Shown here: piece after piece, positions 8,591-20,511 of the stretch
Numbering within the stretch: the first letter of the stretch is position 1
Layout of the letters: every line of letters begins with the position of its first letter
Source of the DNA: an uncultured Gemmatimonadales bacterium
GTDB lineage: Bacteria; Gemmatimonadota; Gemmatimonadetes; Gemmatimonadales; GWC2-71-9
Reading direction: 5' to 3'
Length of the DNA: 64,000 nt
NCBI GenBank assembly: GCA_963695555.1
Contig: CAVOGR010000007.1
Coordinates: 448,001-512,000 of the forward strand
The notes under the pieces: model-generated
The model's input: only the letters and a program-made list of their open reading frames with translations
Told to the model about the DNA's origin: nothing
Database searches by the model: none
Position numbers and translations under genes: made by a program

Positions 8591-9844
8591 ATGACTGAGA
8601 TCACTGTCGAGAAGACCAGCGAGGACCTGGGCTCGAAGACCTTGAGCGTCACGGTCCCCCAGGACCGGGTCGAGCAGGCCGAGGCCCGTGCCGTCGAGTA
8701 CTACGCCAAGCGCGCTAAGGTACCCGGGTTCCGCAAGGGCAAGGTCCCGGCCCAGGTCATCAGGAAGCGGTTCGGGGACGCCATCCGGCAAACCGTCCTG
8801 GAGGAGGTCATCCGGGAGGGAGTGGAGACCGCCCAGAATCAGGAGTCGCTGACCGCGGTGCTCGACCGCTCGGTCCGGAACGTCAAATTCACGCCGGGGG
8901 CGCCGGTCGAGTTCGAACTGGTCGTGGAGGTCCGCCCGGAGATCCAGCTGGAGCACGCTAAGGGATTCCACTTGACCCGCACCGTGCCGCCGGTCACAGA
9001 CACCGAGGTCGAGGAGCAGCTCCGCGCCCTTCAGGAGCAGAAGGCGGCCTGGCTCCCGATCGAGAACGAGAAGCCGGCCGAGGGCCAGTTGGTCCGAGTG
9101 GAAGTCGAGGCGCTGGACGGCGTGGGCGCCGGGGAGGCCAAAGCCTATCAATTGGTCCTGGGCAAGGGTGAGGCGCTTCCGGCCATCGAGGAGCAGATCA
9201 CCGAGCTCCGCCCGGGCGAAACCAGGGAAGCGGATATCCGATTTCCCGATGACGACCCGGACGAGGCGCGGCGCGGGACCTCGCGGCGGTTCCGCATCAC
9301 GCTGCATGAGGTGAAGCGTCAGGAGCTTCCCTCGCTGGATGATGCCTTCGCCCGCGAAGTGGGTGACTTCGAGACGCTCGACGCTCTCGAGGCCGCGATT
9401 CGAAAAGACCTGGCCCGTGCCGCCGAACGCGAAGCAGACGCCCGGGTGCGCGACCAACTGGTCCACGAGGTCGTGGAAGCGAATCGGGTCGAGGCGCCGC
9501 CGTCGATGGTCCGCCGGCTCGTGACTGCGTATGCGCGCGCCTATCAGATCTCGCCCGAGCGGTTCGAGCAATTCGCGAACGAGTTCCGGCCCGTTGCGGA
9601 GGCACAGGTCAAACGCGAGTTGGTGTTGCACGCCGTGGCGGAAGCGGAGGGCCTTGCGGCTACTGAGGCTGACGTGGATGCACGCGTGGCGCAGATCGCC
9701 GAGACGCAACACAAGCCGGTCGCCGAGGTCTATGCCTCGCTCCAGAAATCCGAGCGCCTCCCGGACATCGAGCGCTCGATTACCGAAGAGAAGACGTTTA
9801 CTTTTCTCTTAGCGCACTCAACCGTCGACGAGGTATCCGCGTGA
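8591..9844 (+). CDS. tig: Trigger factor
   Basis: [10 protein letters not shown] ribosome-binding signature; upstream of clpP. Confidence 0.96.
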   Translation: MTEITVEKTSEDLGSKTLSVTVPQDRVEQAEARAVEYYAKRAKVPGFRKGKVPAQVIRKRFGDAIRQTVLEEVIREGVETAQNQESLTAVLDRSVRNVKFTPGAPVEFELVVEVRPEIQLEHAKGFHLTRTVPPVTDTEVEEQLRALQEQKAAWLPIENEKPAEGQLVRVEVEALDGVGAGEAKAYQLVLGKGEALPAIEEQITELRPGETREADIRFPDDDPDEARRGTSRRFRITLHEVKRQELPSLDDAFAREVGDFETLDALEAAIRKDLARAAEREADARVRDQLVHEVVEANRVEAPPSMVRRLVTAYARAYQISPERFEQFANEFRPVAEAQVKRELVLHAVAEAEGLAATEADVDARVAQIAETQHKPVAEVYASLQKSERLPDIERSITEEKTFTFLLAHSTVDEVSA

Positions 9845-10491
9845 GCTCCATTCTGTATCCACCACAGGCCACCCTGTATCCGCCGTATATCATCGAGCGG
9901 TCGAGCCGTGGCGAGCGAACCTACGACATCTTCTCACGGCTCTTGATGGACCGGATCGTGTTCCTGGGCGCACCGGTGAACGATGACGTCGCCAATATCA
10001 TCATCGCGCAGCTCCTGTTCCTCGAGGCGGACAACCCGGAAAAGGACATCTACCTCTACATCAACTCTCCGGGCGGGGTCGTCTCGAGCGGCATGGCCAT
10101 CTACGACACGATGCAGCACCTGCGCGCGCCGATCAACACCATCTGCATGGGCATGGCGGCCTCGATGGGCTCGTTCCTGCTGGCGGCGGGCACCAAGGAC
10201 AAGCGCGCCGCGCTGCCGCAATCGCGCATCATGATCCATCAGCCGTCCGGCGGCGCCCAAGGCACGGCGTCCGACATCGAAATTCAGGCCCGTGAAATCC
10301 TCTACCTCCGCAACCGGATGAACCAGCTCTACGCCACGCACACGGGGCAACCGCTGGAGACCATCGAGCGGGACATGGACCGGGACAGGTTCATGAGTGC
10401 GGAAGAGGCCATGGAATACGGCATCATCGACCGAGTGTTCACGCCAAGAAAGGACGCCGTGGTGCCTTCCCTTGACGCTGCACACGACTAG
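9841..10491 (+). CDS. clpP: ATP-dependent Clp protease proteolytic subunit
   Basis: [31 protein letters not shown]. Confidence 0.98.
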   Translation: MSSILYPPQATLYPPYIIERSSRGERTYDIFSRLLMDRIVFLGAPVNDDVANIIIAQLLFLEADNPEKDIYLYINSPGGVVSSGMAIYDTMQHLRAPINTICMGMAASMGSFLLAAGTKDKRAALPQSRIMIHQPSGGAQGTASDIEIQAREILYLRNRMNQLYATHTGQPLETIERDMDRDRFMSAEEAMEYGIIDRVFTPRKDAVVPSLDAAHD

Positions 10492-10535
10492 GGGCACCTT
10501 TTCCAGACCCACCCACTCCAGCGATTGGCCGACGC

Positions 10536-11786
<1,251 letters not shown>

Positions 11787-11833
11787 CCGCCCCGGGTCAG
11801 CCCGGGCGGTCCACCCTCGCGCTGCCAACCCCA

Positions 11834-12469
11834 ATGCCCAGGCCCACCCCCGGCCAGCCCTCCCGACGCCGGTCGTCACCGCTCGCCAGTCTTCACGTCG
11901 AGTTCGTGGGGAGTTATCCGGACCCTCGGGTTCGGCTCGACCCACCGCTGCCGGAAATCGCGTTCATCGGGCGCTCCAACGTCGGAAAATCCAGCCTCAT
12001 CAATTCGTTACTGGGGCGGCGACGGCTGGCCCGCGTGAGCGGAACGCCGGGAAAGACCACGCTCATCAACGTGTTCCGGCTGCCCAGCTTCTACCTGGTG
12101 GACCTGCCCGGGTACGGCTGGGCCAAGGCCAGCAAGAGCGACCGGGCGGCCTACCGATCGCTGGTGCGAGGCTATCTTCAACAACGGCAGACGGTCCACG
12201 GCGTGGTGTGGCTGCTCGACATCCGTCATGACCCCTCCGCCGACGACGAGGAGATGCTGGCGCTCCTGGGCGAAACCGGCCATCCTGTGCTGGCTGTGGT
12301 GACCAAGGCAGACAAGCTGCCCCAGGCAGCCCGCCAGCGTCAGGCACGCAAGCTTTCCGAGATGCTCAGCATGGACGCGGAGCAGATTCACCTCGTCAGC
12401 AGCAAGACCGGCCTCGGCATAGCCGACCTCGGGGCGAGCCTGCTGGCGGCCATCGATCACACGGAGTGA
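11834..12469 (+). CDS. engB: Ribosome biogenesis GTPase YihA/YsxC (start uncertain)
   Basis: GRSNVGKSS, TPGKT, DLPGYG, TKADK. Confidence 0.93.
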   Translation: MPRPTPGQPSRRRSSPLASLHVEFVGSYPDPRVRLDPPLPEIAFIGRSNVGKSSLINSLLGRRRLARVSGTPGKTTLINVFRLPSFYLVDLPGYGWAKASKSDRAAYRSLVRGYLQQRQTVHGVVWLLDIRHDPSADDEEMLALLGETGHPVLAVVTKADKLPQAARQRQARKLSEMLSMDAEQIHLVSSKTGLGIADLGASLLAAIDHTE

Positions 12470-13113
12470 CCATGCGATATACCTCGGTTTTGGCGCTCAG
12501 CATGGCCGGGATGGCGCTCATGGCCTGCTCCCACCGGACCCAGGCACAAGCCGACACGGCTTCGGGTGCCGTGAATGACCAAGGCATCCGCGGCTTGCCT
12601 CCTGCGGGATACGGCACGTTGAACCAGGACAGACTGGCCGTGACCATCCGGAGCGACGAGCTCGAGATCCGGTTCGTGCCCCTCGACGAGCGGGTCATTC
12701 GTCTTCTGGCGACGGACGCCTATCAGTCCCTGCACGAACTGGTGGCATCGCGCCAGGAGGCCATCGACTCCCTCAACCTGGCCACTCCGGGACTCGTGTT
12801 GGTCACGTTCTTCGGCCTGAGCCCGGATGTGCTGTTCAATCCGCAGCTGGTGTCGATCGAAGTCTCGAGCCGGAGCTATCGTCCAACGGGGGTCGTTTCG
12901 TACTCATCGAACTTTACCAGCGGGCAACTCGGCAGGCGCGAACAGGCCACCGGCATCGTGGTGTTCGACACCGAACTGGCGGTCTATGAGCCGATGACCT
13001 TCTCGTACGGCCTCCTCAGAACCAACGTGTGGGAGCGTCACCTGGGTACCATCGAGCGCGAGCGGGCCCGGGTTACCCGTCGGGCCCAGCAGGCGATCGA
13101 GGAGGGGAGGTAG
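12466..13113 (+). CDS. Hypothetical lipoprotein
   Basis: Signal peptide with LMAC lipobox; GTGA overlap with engB. Confidence 0.7.
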   Translation: MTMRYTSVLALSMAGMALMACSHRTQAQADTASGAVNDQGIRGLPPAGYGTLNQDRLAVTIRSDELEIRFVPLDERVIRLLATDAYQSLHELVASRQEAIDSLNLATPGLVLVTFFGLSPDVLFNPQLVSIEVSSRSYRPTGVVSYSSNFTSGQLGRREQATGIVVFDTELAVYEPMTFSYGLLRTNVWERHLGTIERERARVTRRAQQAIEEGR

Positions 13114-13114
13114 C

Positions 13115-13954
13115 ATGGCGTACCTCCCATTGCGCGACGTGGGGGTCCCCGCGCAGACGGACCGCTTCCTTGAAGCTTGGCTGGAGGACCTGGAGTCCCG
13201 TCTCGCGGACCCGGCGACCGATCGGTACCAGCTCACCCGCGATACACTGTTCCAGTTGTACTATCCGCACCTCGGGGACTACGAAGAACTGGTCCGCGAC
13301 CCCACGCTCCCTGCCCCGAGCCGCGCGAGCCTCCTCGCGCTCGATCCGCACAACATCACGCTCGAGCCCGAGTACTACAACGAGGTCAACGTTGAGAAGT
13401 ACGACCGGGTCAAGCCCTTGCTCTGGCTCTGGCAGTGTTTCGACCGCTCCCCGTTGGGCGGTGGGAACGTGCACTTCGGCGTGCGGCTTCGGCGCCTCTT
13501 GGCGCGACACGTCTTCGCGCGCTGTGGTGACCGGTTCAAGTGCTTCCAGTTCGTCGAGTTCTCATTTGGCTACAACATGGAAGTGGGAGACGACGTCGTG
13601 GTCCATCGCCGTGTGTTACTCGACGATCGTGGCGGCATTCGCCTGGGGAATCGGGTGAGCATCGCGGACCACGCCAGCGTCTTCAGCCACACCCACAGCA
13701 TCGTCGACCAAAGAGAGGTGACCAACCTCAAGACCATCCTCGAGGACGACGTGCGAATCACCTATCACGCCACCGTGCTTGCCGGTGTGCGGGTCCGCGA
13801 GAATGGCATGGTGGGAGCCGCCGCCGTGGCCACCAAGGACGTCCGCCCGTACCACGTGAACGTTGGGGTGCCGGCCAAGTCCGTCGTGGTGAAGCCCAAC
13901 GCCCCGCCCAGCGCGTTCCATACGGAGCTCGTGCCGGGCCACGAAGACTCGTAA
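13115..13954 (+). CDS. Left-handed beta-helix (hexapeptide) acyltransferase
   Basis: Hexapeptide repeats VGDDVVV, LGNRVSI, LEDDVRI, LAGVRVRENGMVGAAAVATKDV, GVPAK. Confidence 0.85.
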   Translation: MAYLPLRDVGVPAQTDRFLEAWLEDLESRLADPATDRYQLTRDTLFQLYYPHLGDYEELVRDPTLPAPSRASLLALDPHNITLEPEYYNEVNVEKYDRVKPLLWLWQCFDRSPLGGGNVHFGVRLRRLLARHVFARCGDRFKCFQFVEFSFGYNMEVGDDVVVHRRVLLDDRGGIRLGNRVSIADHASVFSHTHSIVDQREVTNLKTILEDDVRITYHATVLAGVRVRENGMVGAAAVATKDVRPYHVNVGVPAKSVVVKPNAPPSAFHTELVPGHEDS

Positions 13955-13980
13955 CGCGCCGGCCGTGTCGAGCGATGCGG

Positions 13981-15474
13981 CTAGAATCCGGCCGCGGCCG
14001 CCGGGAACCACGGTGCGATGTCGACGTCTCCCCTGATCTTGGCCGTGATGGCCTTGGCATCCGACAACGCCCAGTAGTTGCTTCCGGCCGCGAGGCTCGG
14101 AGCGGAGATGAACCAGCCGCGCACCCGCAGGAAGACGTTCCCCGCCACCACGGTTTCCCGTCCCGCGTCATCGACGGTGATGGCATCGCCGACATCATCA
14201 AAGACGTTCCCGCGGACCTTCACTTGGGTGGTCGCTTCGAGCACCAGGGCGCGCTCGAGGTCGGCCAACACGTTATCGTCGATCGTGTAGCCCCGGCTTG
14301 GCTCGTGATCCCGATTGCGGGCAAACAAGCGGATGCCGGTGGCGGATCCCATAATCACGTTGTCGGCAATGGCATTATCGCTCCCATGCTCGATCGCGAT
14401 GCCGGCATTCGCCGAGCCGATCACCGTGTTGCCTCGCACGGTCGTCCGAGTGGAGTACCCGAGCCAGAAGCCATAGGTCGAATTGTCGGCCCGGTTTTCG
14501 AGAAAGGTATTGCCGGCGCTGAACGTAGACTCGAATGCGTTATGGTACGCGAATGACGCATTGTTCCGCGCCACCAAATTACCCGTCGAGGGCTCGACAA
14601 ACGGCCGATGTCCGCTCAGAAAGAAACCGTCGCCGGAGTAGGTGAGATCGTTGTCCGCCACCACATTCGAATCGCTCCGCTCACGCAACAGGATGCCGGC
14701 CGAATCACAGCCCCTGCTGTAGGCTGGAGACTCGCACCGGACGTTGTGATGCGCCTGGTTGCGCACGATCACGTTGTGCGATGAGCGCCACAAGTGAATG
14801 CCCCAGCCGCTGTTGTAGGACGCGTCGTTGTCCGCCAGATACACCCGGCGGGTACCGATCATGCCAATGCCGTTTTGCGCCCGCTGAGCCGTCACCTGGG
14901 TGACCGTCGCGCCGTCAACATCCTCGAGAAGCAGCCCGCCGCCGTACCGCTCGAACGAGTCCGGCCGGAAGATGTCGAGCCAATCCGCCTCATCGAATCG
15001 ATCCTCGGTGGACCGAAGCGCCTGGCTGCGCGACCCCGACAGATCGAGCTCCGTCACGACGTGGCCGCTTCCCCCCTCGAGTCGGATGCCATATCGGTAG
15101 CCGCGGATCGTCCCGCCGAAGATGGTGACTCGGCTCACTCCCCGACTGACCACTCCCGCGCCGATGAACTCGCTGGCAATGGAGTCTCCGCTCTCGAGCG
15201 TGACACCGGTCAGATCGAGCCGCGTTCCCGACGAGGCGACGATGATGACCCCCTGCTCTGTCGGATCCGCCACGCGGTAGCGACCCGGACAGACCTTGAC
15301 TTCACCTTGGACCTGAGTCCCGGGTCGGGTCAGCCGGATACAGGGGGCGGCGCTACCGAGCAGCAGGGGCGCCGTGATGCCCAACACGCCGCACCAGGCC
15401 ACCGCGCTCGGAGCACACAGCCGATGCGACAACTCCCCGAAGAAGGACTGCAACCGACGGCCTTGTCTCTCCAT
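13981..15474 (-). CDS. Right-handed parallel beta-helix (NosD-like) secreted protein
   Basis: Many Asn-ladder repeats (DNDASYNSGWGIHL..SSHNVIVRN); ATG with GGAGG upstream. Confidence 0.75.
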   Translation of the reverse strand: MERQGRRLQSFFGELSHRLCAPSAVAWCGVLGITAPLLLGSAAPCIRLTRPGTQVQGEVKVCPGRYRVADPTEQGVIIVASSGTRLDLTGVTLESGDSIASEFIGAGVVSRGVSRVTIFGGTIRGYRYGIRLEGGSGHVVTELDLSGSRSQALRSTEDRFDEADWLDIFRPDSFERYGGGLLLEDVDGATVTQVTAQRAQNGIGMIGTRRVYLADNDASYNSGWGIHLWRSSHNVIVRNQAHHNVRCESPAYSRGCDSAGILLRERSDSNVVADNDLTYSGDGFFLSGHRPFVEPSTGNLVARNNASFAYHNAFESTFSAGNTFLENRADNSTYGFWLGYSTRTTVRGNTVIGSANAGIAIEHGSDNAIADNVIMGSATGIRLFARNRDHEPSRGYTIDDNVLADLERALVLEATTQVKVRGNVFDDVGDAITVDDAGRETVVAGNVFLRVRGWFISAPSLAAGSNYWALSDAKAITAKIRGDVDIAPWFPAAAAGF

Positions 15475-15526
15475 TGTTCCTCCAATGCCCCAGGCGTCCA
15501 GATTGCCCTGTGTGCAATCGAGACGC

Positions 15527-15994
15527 CTACCGTACCCGAAGAACATCCTCCACCGGGCCGGCATGACCGGAACCCAGGAGAGCAACAATGTCTTCCAGGG
15601 CGCGCCGCTCCCTCGGCCAGGCAAGTCGCGCTCGGGCCTCAGCCGGCCTCAGCCACTCCGTCGCGTCATGCTCCGGACTCAGGATCGCCTTGGCTTCCGC
15701 GCCGACCCATGCCACAAAGACAGGGATGAGCGCCACTTCATCCGCGGCATGTCGATAGAAGAGGTCCACCCGACTGATGTTGTACCAGCGCTCCGGCACG
15801 AGCCCCGTCTCTTCCGTTACTTCGCGGAGCGCTGCCTCCGATGGTGTTTCCCCCGGATCGATGTGCCCGTGCACCGTCTCCCACGAGCCTGGGCATCGTC
15901 CGTCAGGACCTCGCCGGAGCACCAGGACTTCGAGGTGGTCCCCCCAGCCGCGCAGGACATAAGCGTCCACGTACGAGACGCGCATCGTCGTCAT
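15527..15994 (-). CDS. NUDIX hydrolase (NudB-like)
   Basis: Nudix box GHIDPGETPSEAALREVTEETGL; LSPEH motif. Confidence 0.9.
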   Translation of the reverse strand: MTTMRVSYVDAYVLRGWGDHLEVLVLRRGPDGRCPGSWETVHGHIDPGETPSEAALREVTEETGLVPERWYNISRVDLFYRHAADEVALIPVFVAWVGAEAKAILSPEHDATEWLRPAEARARLAWPRERRALEDIVALLGSGHAGPVEDVLRVR

Positions 15995-16091
15995 ATTGAC
16001 CACGCCGCAGGGAAGAAGAGTCGGGATTGGTGGCAGGCGAGCGAGATGACCGTCGTCCGCAGGGACCGGTCAACGGAGGGTCGGCGGTCGG

Positions 16092-18356
16092 TCACACCCG
16101 CCGGCGAGCGACGGCCGCTTCCAGGCGAGCCGAGAGGGCGCGTGCCCGAAACGGCTTGGTTAGAAAATCGTCGGCCCCGAGTTCGAAGACGCGAACCTCG
16201 TTATCCTCATCGCCCTTGGCGGTGAGGACGATGATGGGGACCTCGCGCGTGGCCGGCCGGGAGCGCAGTTGGGACAACACCGAGTATCCATCGAGCGTCG
16301 GGAGGTTCAGGTCGAGCACGATCACGTCGGGGGCGTGGCGATCTGCCTGATCGAGTGCTTCGACGCCATCGGCGGCTTCGGCGATGGTATAGCCCTCACG
16401 CTCCAAGAGGTCCTTCATTACGCGCCGCAATTGGTCCTCGTCATCCACCAGCAGCACGGTGATGCCCTTCGAGCCCGTGCCGTCACCCGCCGCCGCGGTG
16501 TCGACCTCCTCGTCGATCAGCTCGAACGCCTCCGAAACCTCGAAGCCTGACGGGGCGGGAGCAGCAGTGACGAGCGGCGGAGATACGACCTGGGAGGGTG
16601 GTGCCGGCGGAGCTGGAGCAGCCGCGCGAGTGACGCTGGGCTCCGACGCGGAATCCTCCATCGGGGGATCGGTCACGCGGAGCAGCTCTTCGACCGAGGT
16701 CTCGCCGGCCAACACGTGCCGAAGGCCGCTGTCCCACAGGCTCAACATACCGTTCTTCCTGGCGGCCTTTGCAATCACTCCGGCCGGGCTCCCCGCGGCG
16801 ATGAGCCGTTCGATTTCGGGAGTTACCGGTAGGATCTCGCAAATGCAGAACCGCCCTCGGTACCCGGTCATGGCGCAGTCGGGACACCCCACCGCCCGAT
16901 AGAGGGTGCCGACTTCGGGGATGAACTCGACCATCTTGGCATGGATCGGATCGGACTGCAGATCGGTCACCGGTTGCCGGCAGATCTGGCACAGCCGCCG
17001 CATGAGCCGTTGCGCGATGATGCCGCACAGGGCAGAGCCGAGCATGTACGGCTCCATGCCCATGTCGATCAGACGGGTGACCGAGGTTGGGGCGTCGTTG
17101 GTGTGAAGCGTCGAGAGCACCAGGTGGCCGGTCAACGACGCCTGCACCGCGATCTGTGCGGTTTCTTGATCGCGGATCTCGCCCACCAGCACCACGTCGG
17201 GGTCCTGTCGCAGGATGGACCGCAGCGCCGTGGCGAACGTAAGCCCGGCCTTCACGTTGACCTGGACCTGGACGATGTTCTTGCCGAGCCGGTACTCGAC
17301 CGGATCTTCCACCGTCACGATGTTGACGCCCTCGCCCTGAATCACCCGCAACGCCGAGTACAGGGTCGTGGTCTTGCCGGAGCCGGTGGGCCCCGTCACC
17401 AGAATGACCCCTTCCTTGTTTTCGAGGAGACGCTCGACGAGCAGCCGCTCATCGTCGAACATCCCCAGGGAGGGAAGGGTCAGGATGGTTGAGCGGGTGT
17501 CGAGAATCCGGATGACGACCTTCTCACCCAGCGACGCCGGCAGCGTCGAGATTCGAAGATCGATTTTATCGTTGTTGATCGAGACCCGGGCGCGACCGTC
17601 CTGTGGGCGGAGCCGATCGGCAATATCGAGGCCCGACATGATCTTGATGCGCGAGATGAGCGGCAGCCCGGCGGTGCGCGGGATGGTCATGACCTGGCGC
17701 AGCACGCCGTCGATCCGGTACCGGACCACGACACCGCCTTCGGAGGGCTCAACGTGAATATCGCTCGCCCGGCTTGCGATCCCGTCCGCCAACATCATGT
17801 CGACCAGCCGGATGATCGGCCGCTGGCTGGCCTCGTCCAGCGTGGCGCCGAGCTCTTCGTCTTCCTCGGTGATCTGGGTGACTTCGGTGTCGCCGAACCC
17901 GCCGAGCAGCTTGGAGACGACACTCTCTGGCTTGTACAGCTCGTCGAGCTTGTCGCGGATCTTGCTCGGCGACGCAACGAACATCCGGACTTCGCGACCG
18001 GTCGCGAATGCCAACATTTTCTCGGCGTCGATATCGAACGGATTGGTGGTAGCCGCTTCGAGCACCGAATCGGTCAGCCGGAGCGGGATCACCTGATGAC
18101 GGCGGGCCACCTGCTCGGGAACCGCATCGCGCGCCCTGATCTCGAGCGAGTCCAGATCTGCAACCGGGAGCCGGAAGCGGGCGGAGATGGTCTCGAGAAT
18201 CTGATCATCCGTGACCAGTTTCCGGTTGACCATCGCTTCCCAGAGGGAAATGGTCCCCGAGTCGGCCGACTCCGCGATTTCCCGGAGCGCCGCCATGTCC
18301 TCCGAGGAGATCAACGGCTCGACTGTTGGAACCAGCCACTCGTCAGAAAAGGGCAT
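16092..18356 (-). CDS. GspE/PilB-family secretion ATPase with C-terminal response-regulator receiver domain
   Basis: ASDIH, GPTGSGKTT, LRQDPD, GHLVLSTLHTN, CxxC..CxxC; C-term VLLVDD...LDLNLP...LTAK...DDFLTKPF. Confidence 0.92.
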   Translation of the reverse strand: MPFSDEWLVPTVEPLISSEDMAALREIAESADSGTISLWEAMVNRKLVTDDQILETISARFRLPVADLDSLEIRARDAVPEQVARRHQVIPLRLTDSVLEAATTNPFDIDAEKMLAFATGREVRMFVASPSKIRDKLDELYKPESVVSKLLGGFGDTEVTQITEEDEELGATLDEASQRPIIRLVDMMLADGIASRASDIHVEPSEGGVVVRYRIDGVLRQVMTIPRTAGLPLISRIKIMSGLDIADRLRPQDGRARVSINNDKIDLRISTLPASLGEKVVIRILDTRSTILTLPSLGMFDDERLLVERLLENKEGVILVTGPTGSGKTTTLYSALRVIQGEGVNIVTVEDPVEYRLGKNIVQVQVNVKAGLTFATALRSILRQDPDVVLVGEIRDQETAQIAVQASLTGHLVLSTLHTNDAPTSVTRLIDMGMEPYMLGSALCGIIAQRLMRRLCQICRQPVTDLQSDPIHAKMVEFIPEVGTLYRAVGCPDCAMTGYRGRFCICEILPVTPEIERLIAAGSPAGVIAKAARKNGMLSLWDSGLRHVLAGETSVEELLRVTDPPMEDSASEPSVTRAAAPAPPAPPSQVVSPPLVTAAPAPSGFEVSEAFELIDEEVDTAAAGDGTGSKGITVLLVDDEDQLRRVMKDLLEREGYTIAEAADGVEALDQADRHAPDVIVLDLNLPTLDGYSVLSQLRSRPATREVPIIVLTAKGDEDNEVRVFELGADDFLTKPFRARALSARLEAAVARRRV

Positions 18357-18486
18357 TCGAAAGCTTCGTCAACTCCAATCTGATCGGCGGGATTGTGCCG
18401 GGGAGGTAGACTCGAAAGCTATAGCCACGGAACCTGACCGGGCTAGTGCTCGCCGACGCGCCGGTGAACCGAAAAAGGGCAGGTCG

Positions 18487-20508
18487 CTAGAGGAGAGGCC
18501 ACCAGTCGCGATGGATATCCACCGTGAGGCCGAAGCCCCCATCTCGCAGGCCCACCCCGGCCTCGACCCGGACCATGCGCATAAACCATTCCACCGCTAT
18601 CCCGGCCACGGGCCGTACCCCTTCTGTCGACCCCCACGGGGTTCCGGCCACCGGATCGCCGCTCCAGGCGGCCGCCACAAAAGGGGCTACCACCAGGCGA
18701 TTCCCGGTCGAAGCGAAGGTCCCCAGGCTGACCGCCGGGAAGGGGACTGCAAACCGCCATTCCACGTGGGCCAGTGCCAACCGGCGTCCGCCATAGGCGC
18801 GAAAGGGCTCGCCCACGAGGGTGCCGCGGCCCCCGACCACGAAACTCCGGTATGCGGGCAGGCGATCCGTCCCCACGCCGAGGAAGAGCCGTGACAGGAG
18901 CTCCGTCTGGCCCAGGCCGGCCCGCCACCTGCCCTGAGCGCTCGCCCTGAAATAGCCGCCATCCCCCTCTGCGGCCTCCAGGGCAAGCGAACCACCGAGG
19001 TCCCGGCGGAGCGCAATCCCCCCGGCACTGCGCTCCAGACGCAGGCGCAGCACCCGGTAGGTCGGCGCCCCTAGATCGGGATTGGGGCGATAGGTACCAT
19101 GGGCGGGGCTCGCCTCCACCTCGACGCCCGAAGCGGATTCCACGCCCACGCTGCCTTCCACGAGGAGCCTCGCACTCGGTCGAGAGCGCAGCCCGAATTC
19201 GGCGGACTCCACGAGGACGTAGTCGCCGTAATCGTGGCCCCCTTCCTGCGCGAGCACCGAGTTGAGCACCGGCGCAATGACCGGAAAGTCGGCCAGGTCC
19301 TTGATCTCACGCACGAGGCGCACCCAGGTATGGCGCGTGTCCAGCACCACCCCGCCAGTCACCCGCCCGTCCGAGGTACCGTAGCCCACCGACGGCTTCA
19401 CACTTACTCCGGTGCCAAGCGGCACGGTGCCGGCGATTCCGAATGCGAGGCCCTGCACCCGGTTGACCCGAGCCAAGTCACTCAGCGAACGAGTGCTCAA
19501 ACGGCTCTGCGCAATCGCACGCAGCGCCCGCGCCCCAATCATCTTCTCGACCTCGACACGGATCTCCTCCATGTCCTGGCGATTGATCGGCGCCGCCACC
19601 TCGCGAATGGCGTCCGCGAGGGGTACGCTCCACGCGTGACCGGAATCCTGTGGCGTCGTCAGGCCCGCGATGCTCGGGCCCGCCCATGCATCCGGGGGGA
19701 ATGGCGCGTTGAATTCGTAGGAACCGATCTCCCACCGGCCCCGGATGATTCCCCTCGCGGGAAACTCGAGCCACGTGGTTCGGCGCCGGATTTCGATCTC
19801 CTGGCGGAACGGCAGCCAGTAGCGGCCTTCGAACAGGGCATTTTCGAGGACCACGGTGATGTCTTCGAGTTCGCGCTCGCGATAGGCCGCGCGGGTAAAG
19901 CTGAAGCGAAACCGGACCAGCTCGGCGGTGGCTGCATCGATGTACAGGGTCCCGACCACCAGCGCTCGCTCCGGATCGCGCGGGCGGACGGCGAGTTCGA
20001 ACACCGTCAGGTCGTCGGTGCCCGAGCGGATCCGGATCGAGTCTTGGACCGCATAGTCGTAGAGATCGAGCCCTTCCGGCGACAGCGGATGGATCGCATC
20101 CCGGACTTCGTCGCCCTCGCCGAGTCGGATGAAGCGGCCGAAGTTATTGGTCACGATGCCGAGGTGGTCGCGGTGGTAGTTGATATCCGTCGGCAGGAAG
20201 GAGCCGTCGCGCCATCCGAGAATGACCTGCTTGCTCCGGCCGGGGGCGCGCCAATACACTTCCACGTCGAGCTCATCCGCCTTCACCAGGCGCGGAGGCT
20301 CACGGAAGCCGTCCCCGACTTGGGCGAGGAAGAACACGAAGCCATGCGCCCGGCTCCGGTACCCCTCGAGCCCCGAGTCGGCCTCGGTTGCGAGGCGGCG
20401 CGCAATCGCTCGGTGAACCAAACCGGTGGCGACGGGAGAATTCCAATCCTGCGCGGTGAGCGGCGGCGCCACCAGGGCAACGATGAGCAGTAGGACTACG
20501 AGAGGCAT
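18487..20508 (-). CDS. Hypothetical exported protein, probable outer-membrane beta-barrel C-terminus
   Basis: Signal peptide MPLVVLLLIVALVAPPLTA; amphipathic beta strands in C-half; Omp85-like GGRGTLVG..F motif. Confidence 0.65.
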   Translation of the reverse strand: MPLVVLLLIVALVAPPLTAQDWNSPVATGLVHRAIARRLATEADSGLEGYRSRAHGFVFFLAQVGDGFREPPRLVKADELDVEVYWRAPGRSKQVILGWRDGSFLPTDINYHRDHLGIVTNNFGRFIRLGEGDEVRDAIHPLSPEGLDLYDYAVQDSIRIRSGTDDLTVFELAVRPRDPERALVVGTLYIDAATAELVRFRFSFTRAAYRERELEDITVVLENALFEGRYWLPFRQEIEIRRRTTWLEFPARGIIRGRWEIGSYEFNAPFPPDAWAGPSIAGLTTPQDSGHAWSVPLADAIREVAAPINRQDMEEIRVEVEKMIGARALRAIAQSRLSTRSLSDLARVNRVQGLAFGIAGTVPLGTGVSVKPSVGYGTSDGRVTGGVVLDTRHTWVRLVREIKDLADFPVIAPVLNSVLAQEGGHDYGDYVLVESAEFGLRSRPSARLLVEGSVGVESASGVEVEASPAHGTYRPNPDLGAPTYRVLRLRLERSAGGIALRRDLGGSLALEAAEGDGGYFRASAQGRWRAGLGQTELLSRLFLGVGTDRLPAYRSFVVGGRGTLVGEPFRAYGGRRLALAHVEWRFAVPFPAVSLGTFASTGNRLVVAPFVAAAWSGDPVAGTPWGSTEGVRPVAGIAVEWFMRMVRVEAGVGLRDGGFGLTVDIHRDWWPLL

Positions 20509-20511
20509 CGC

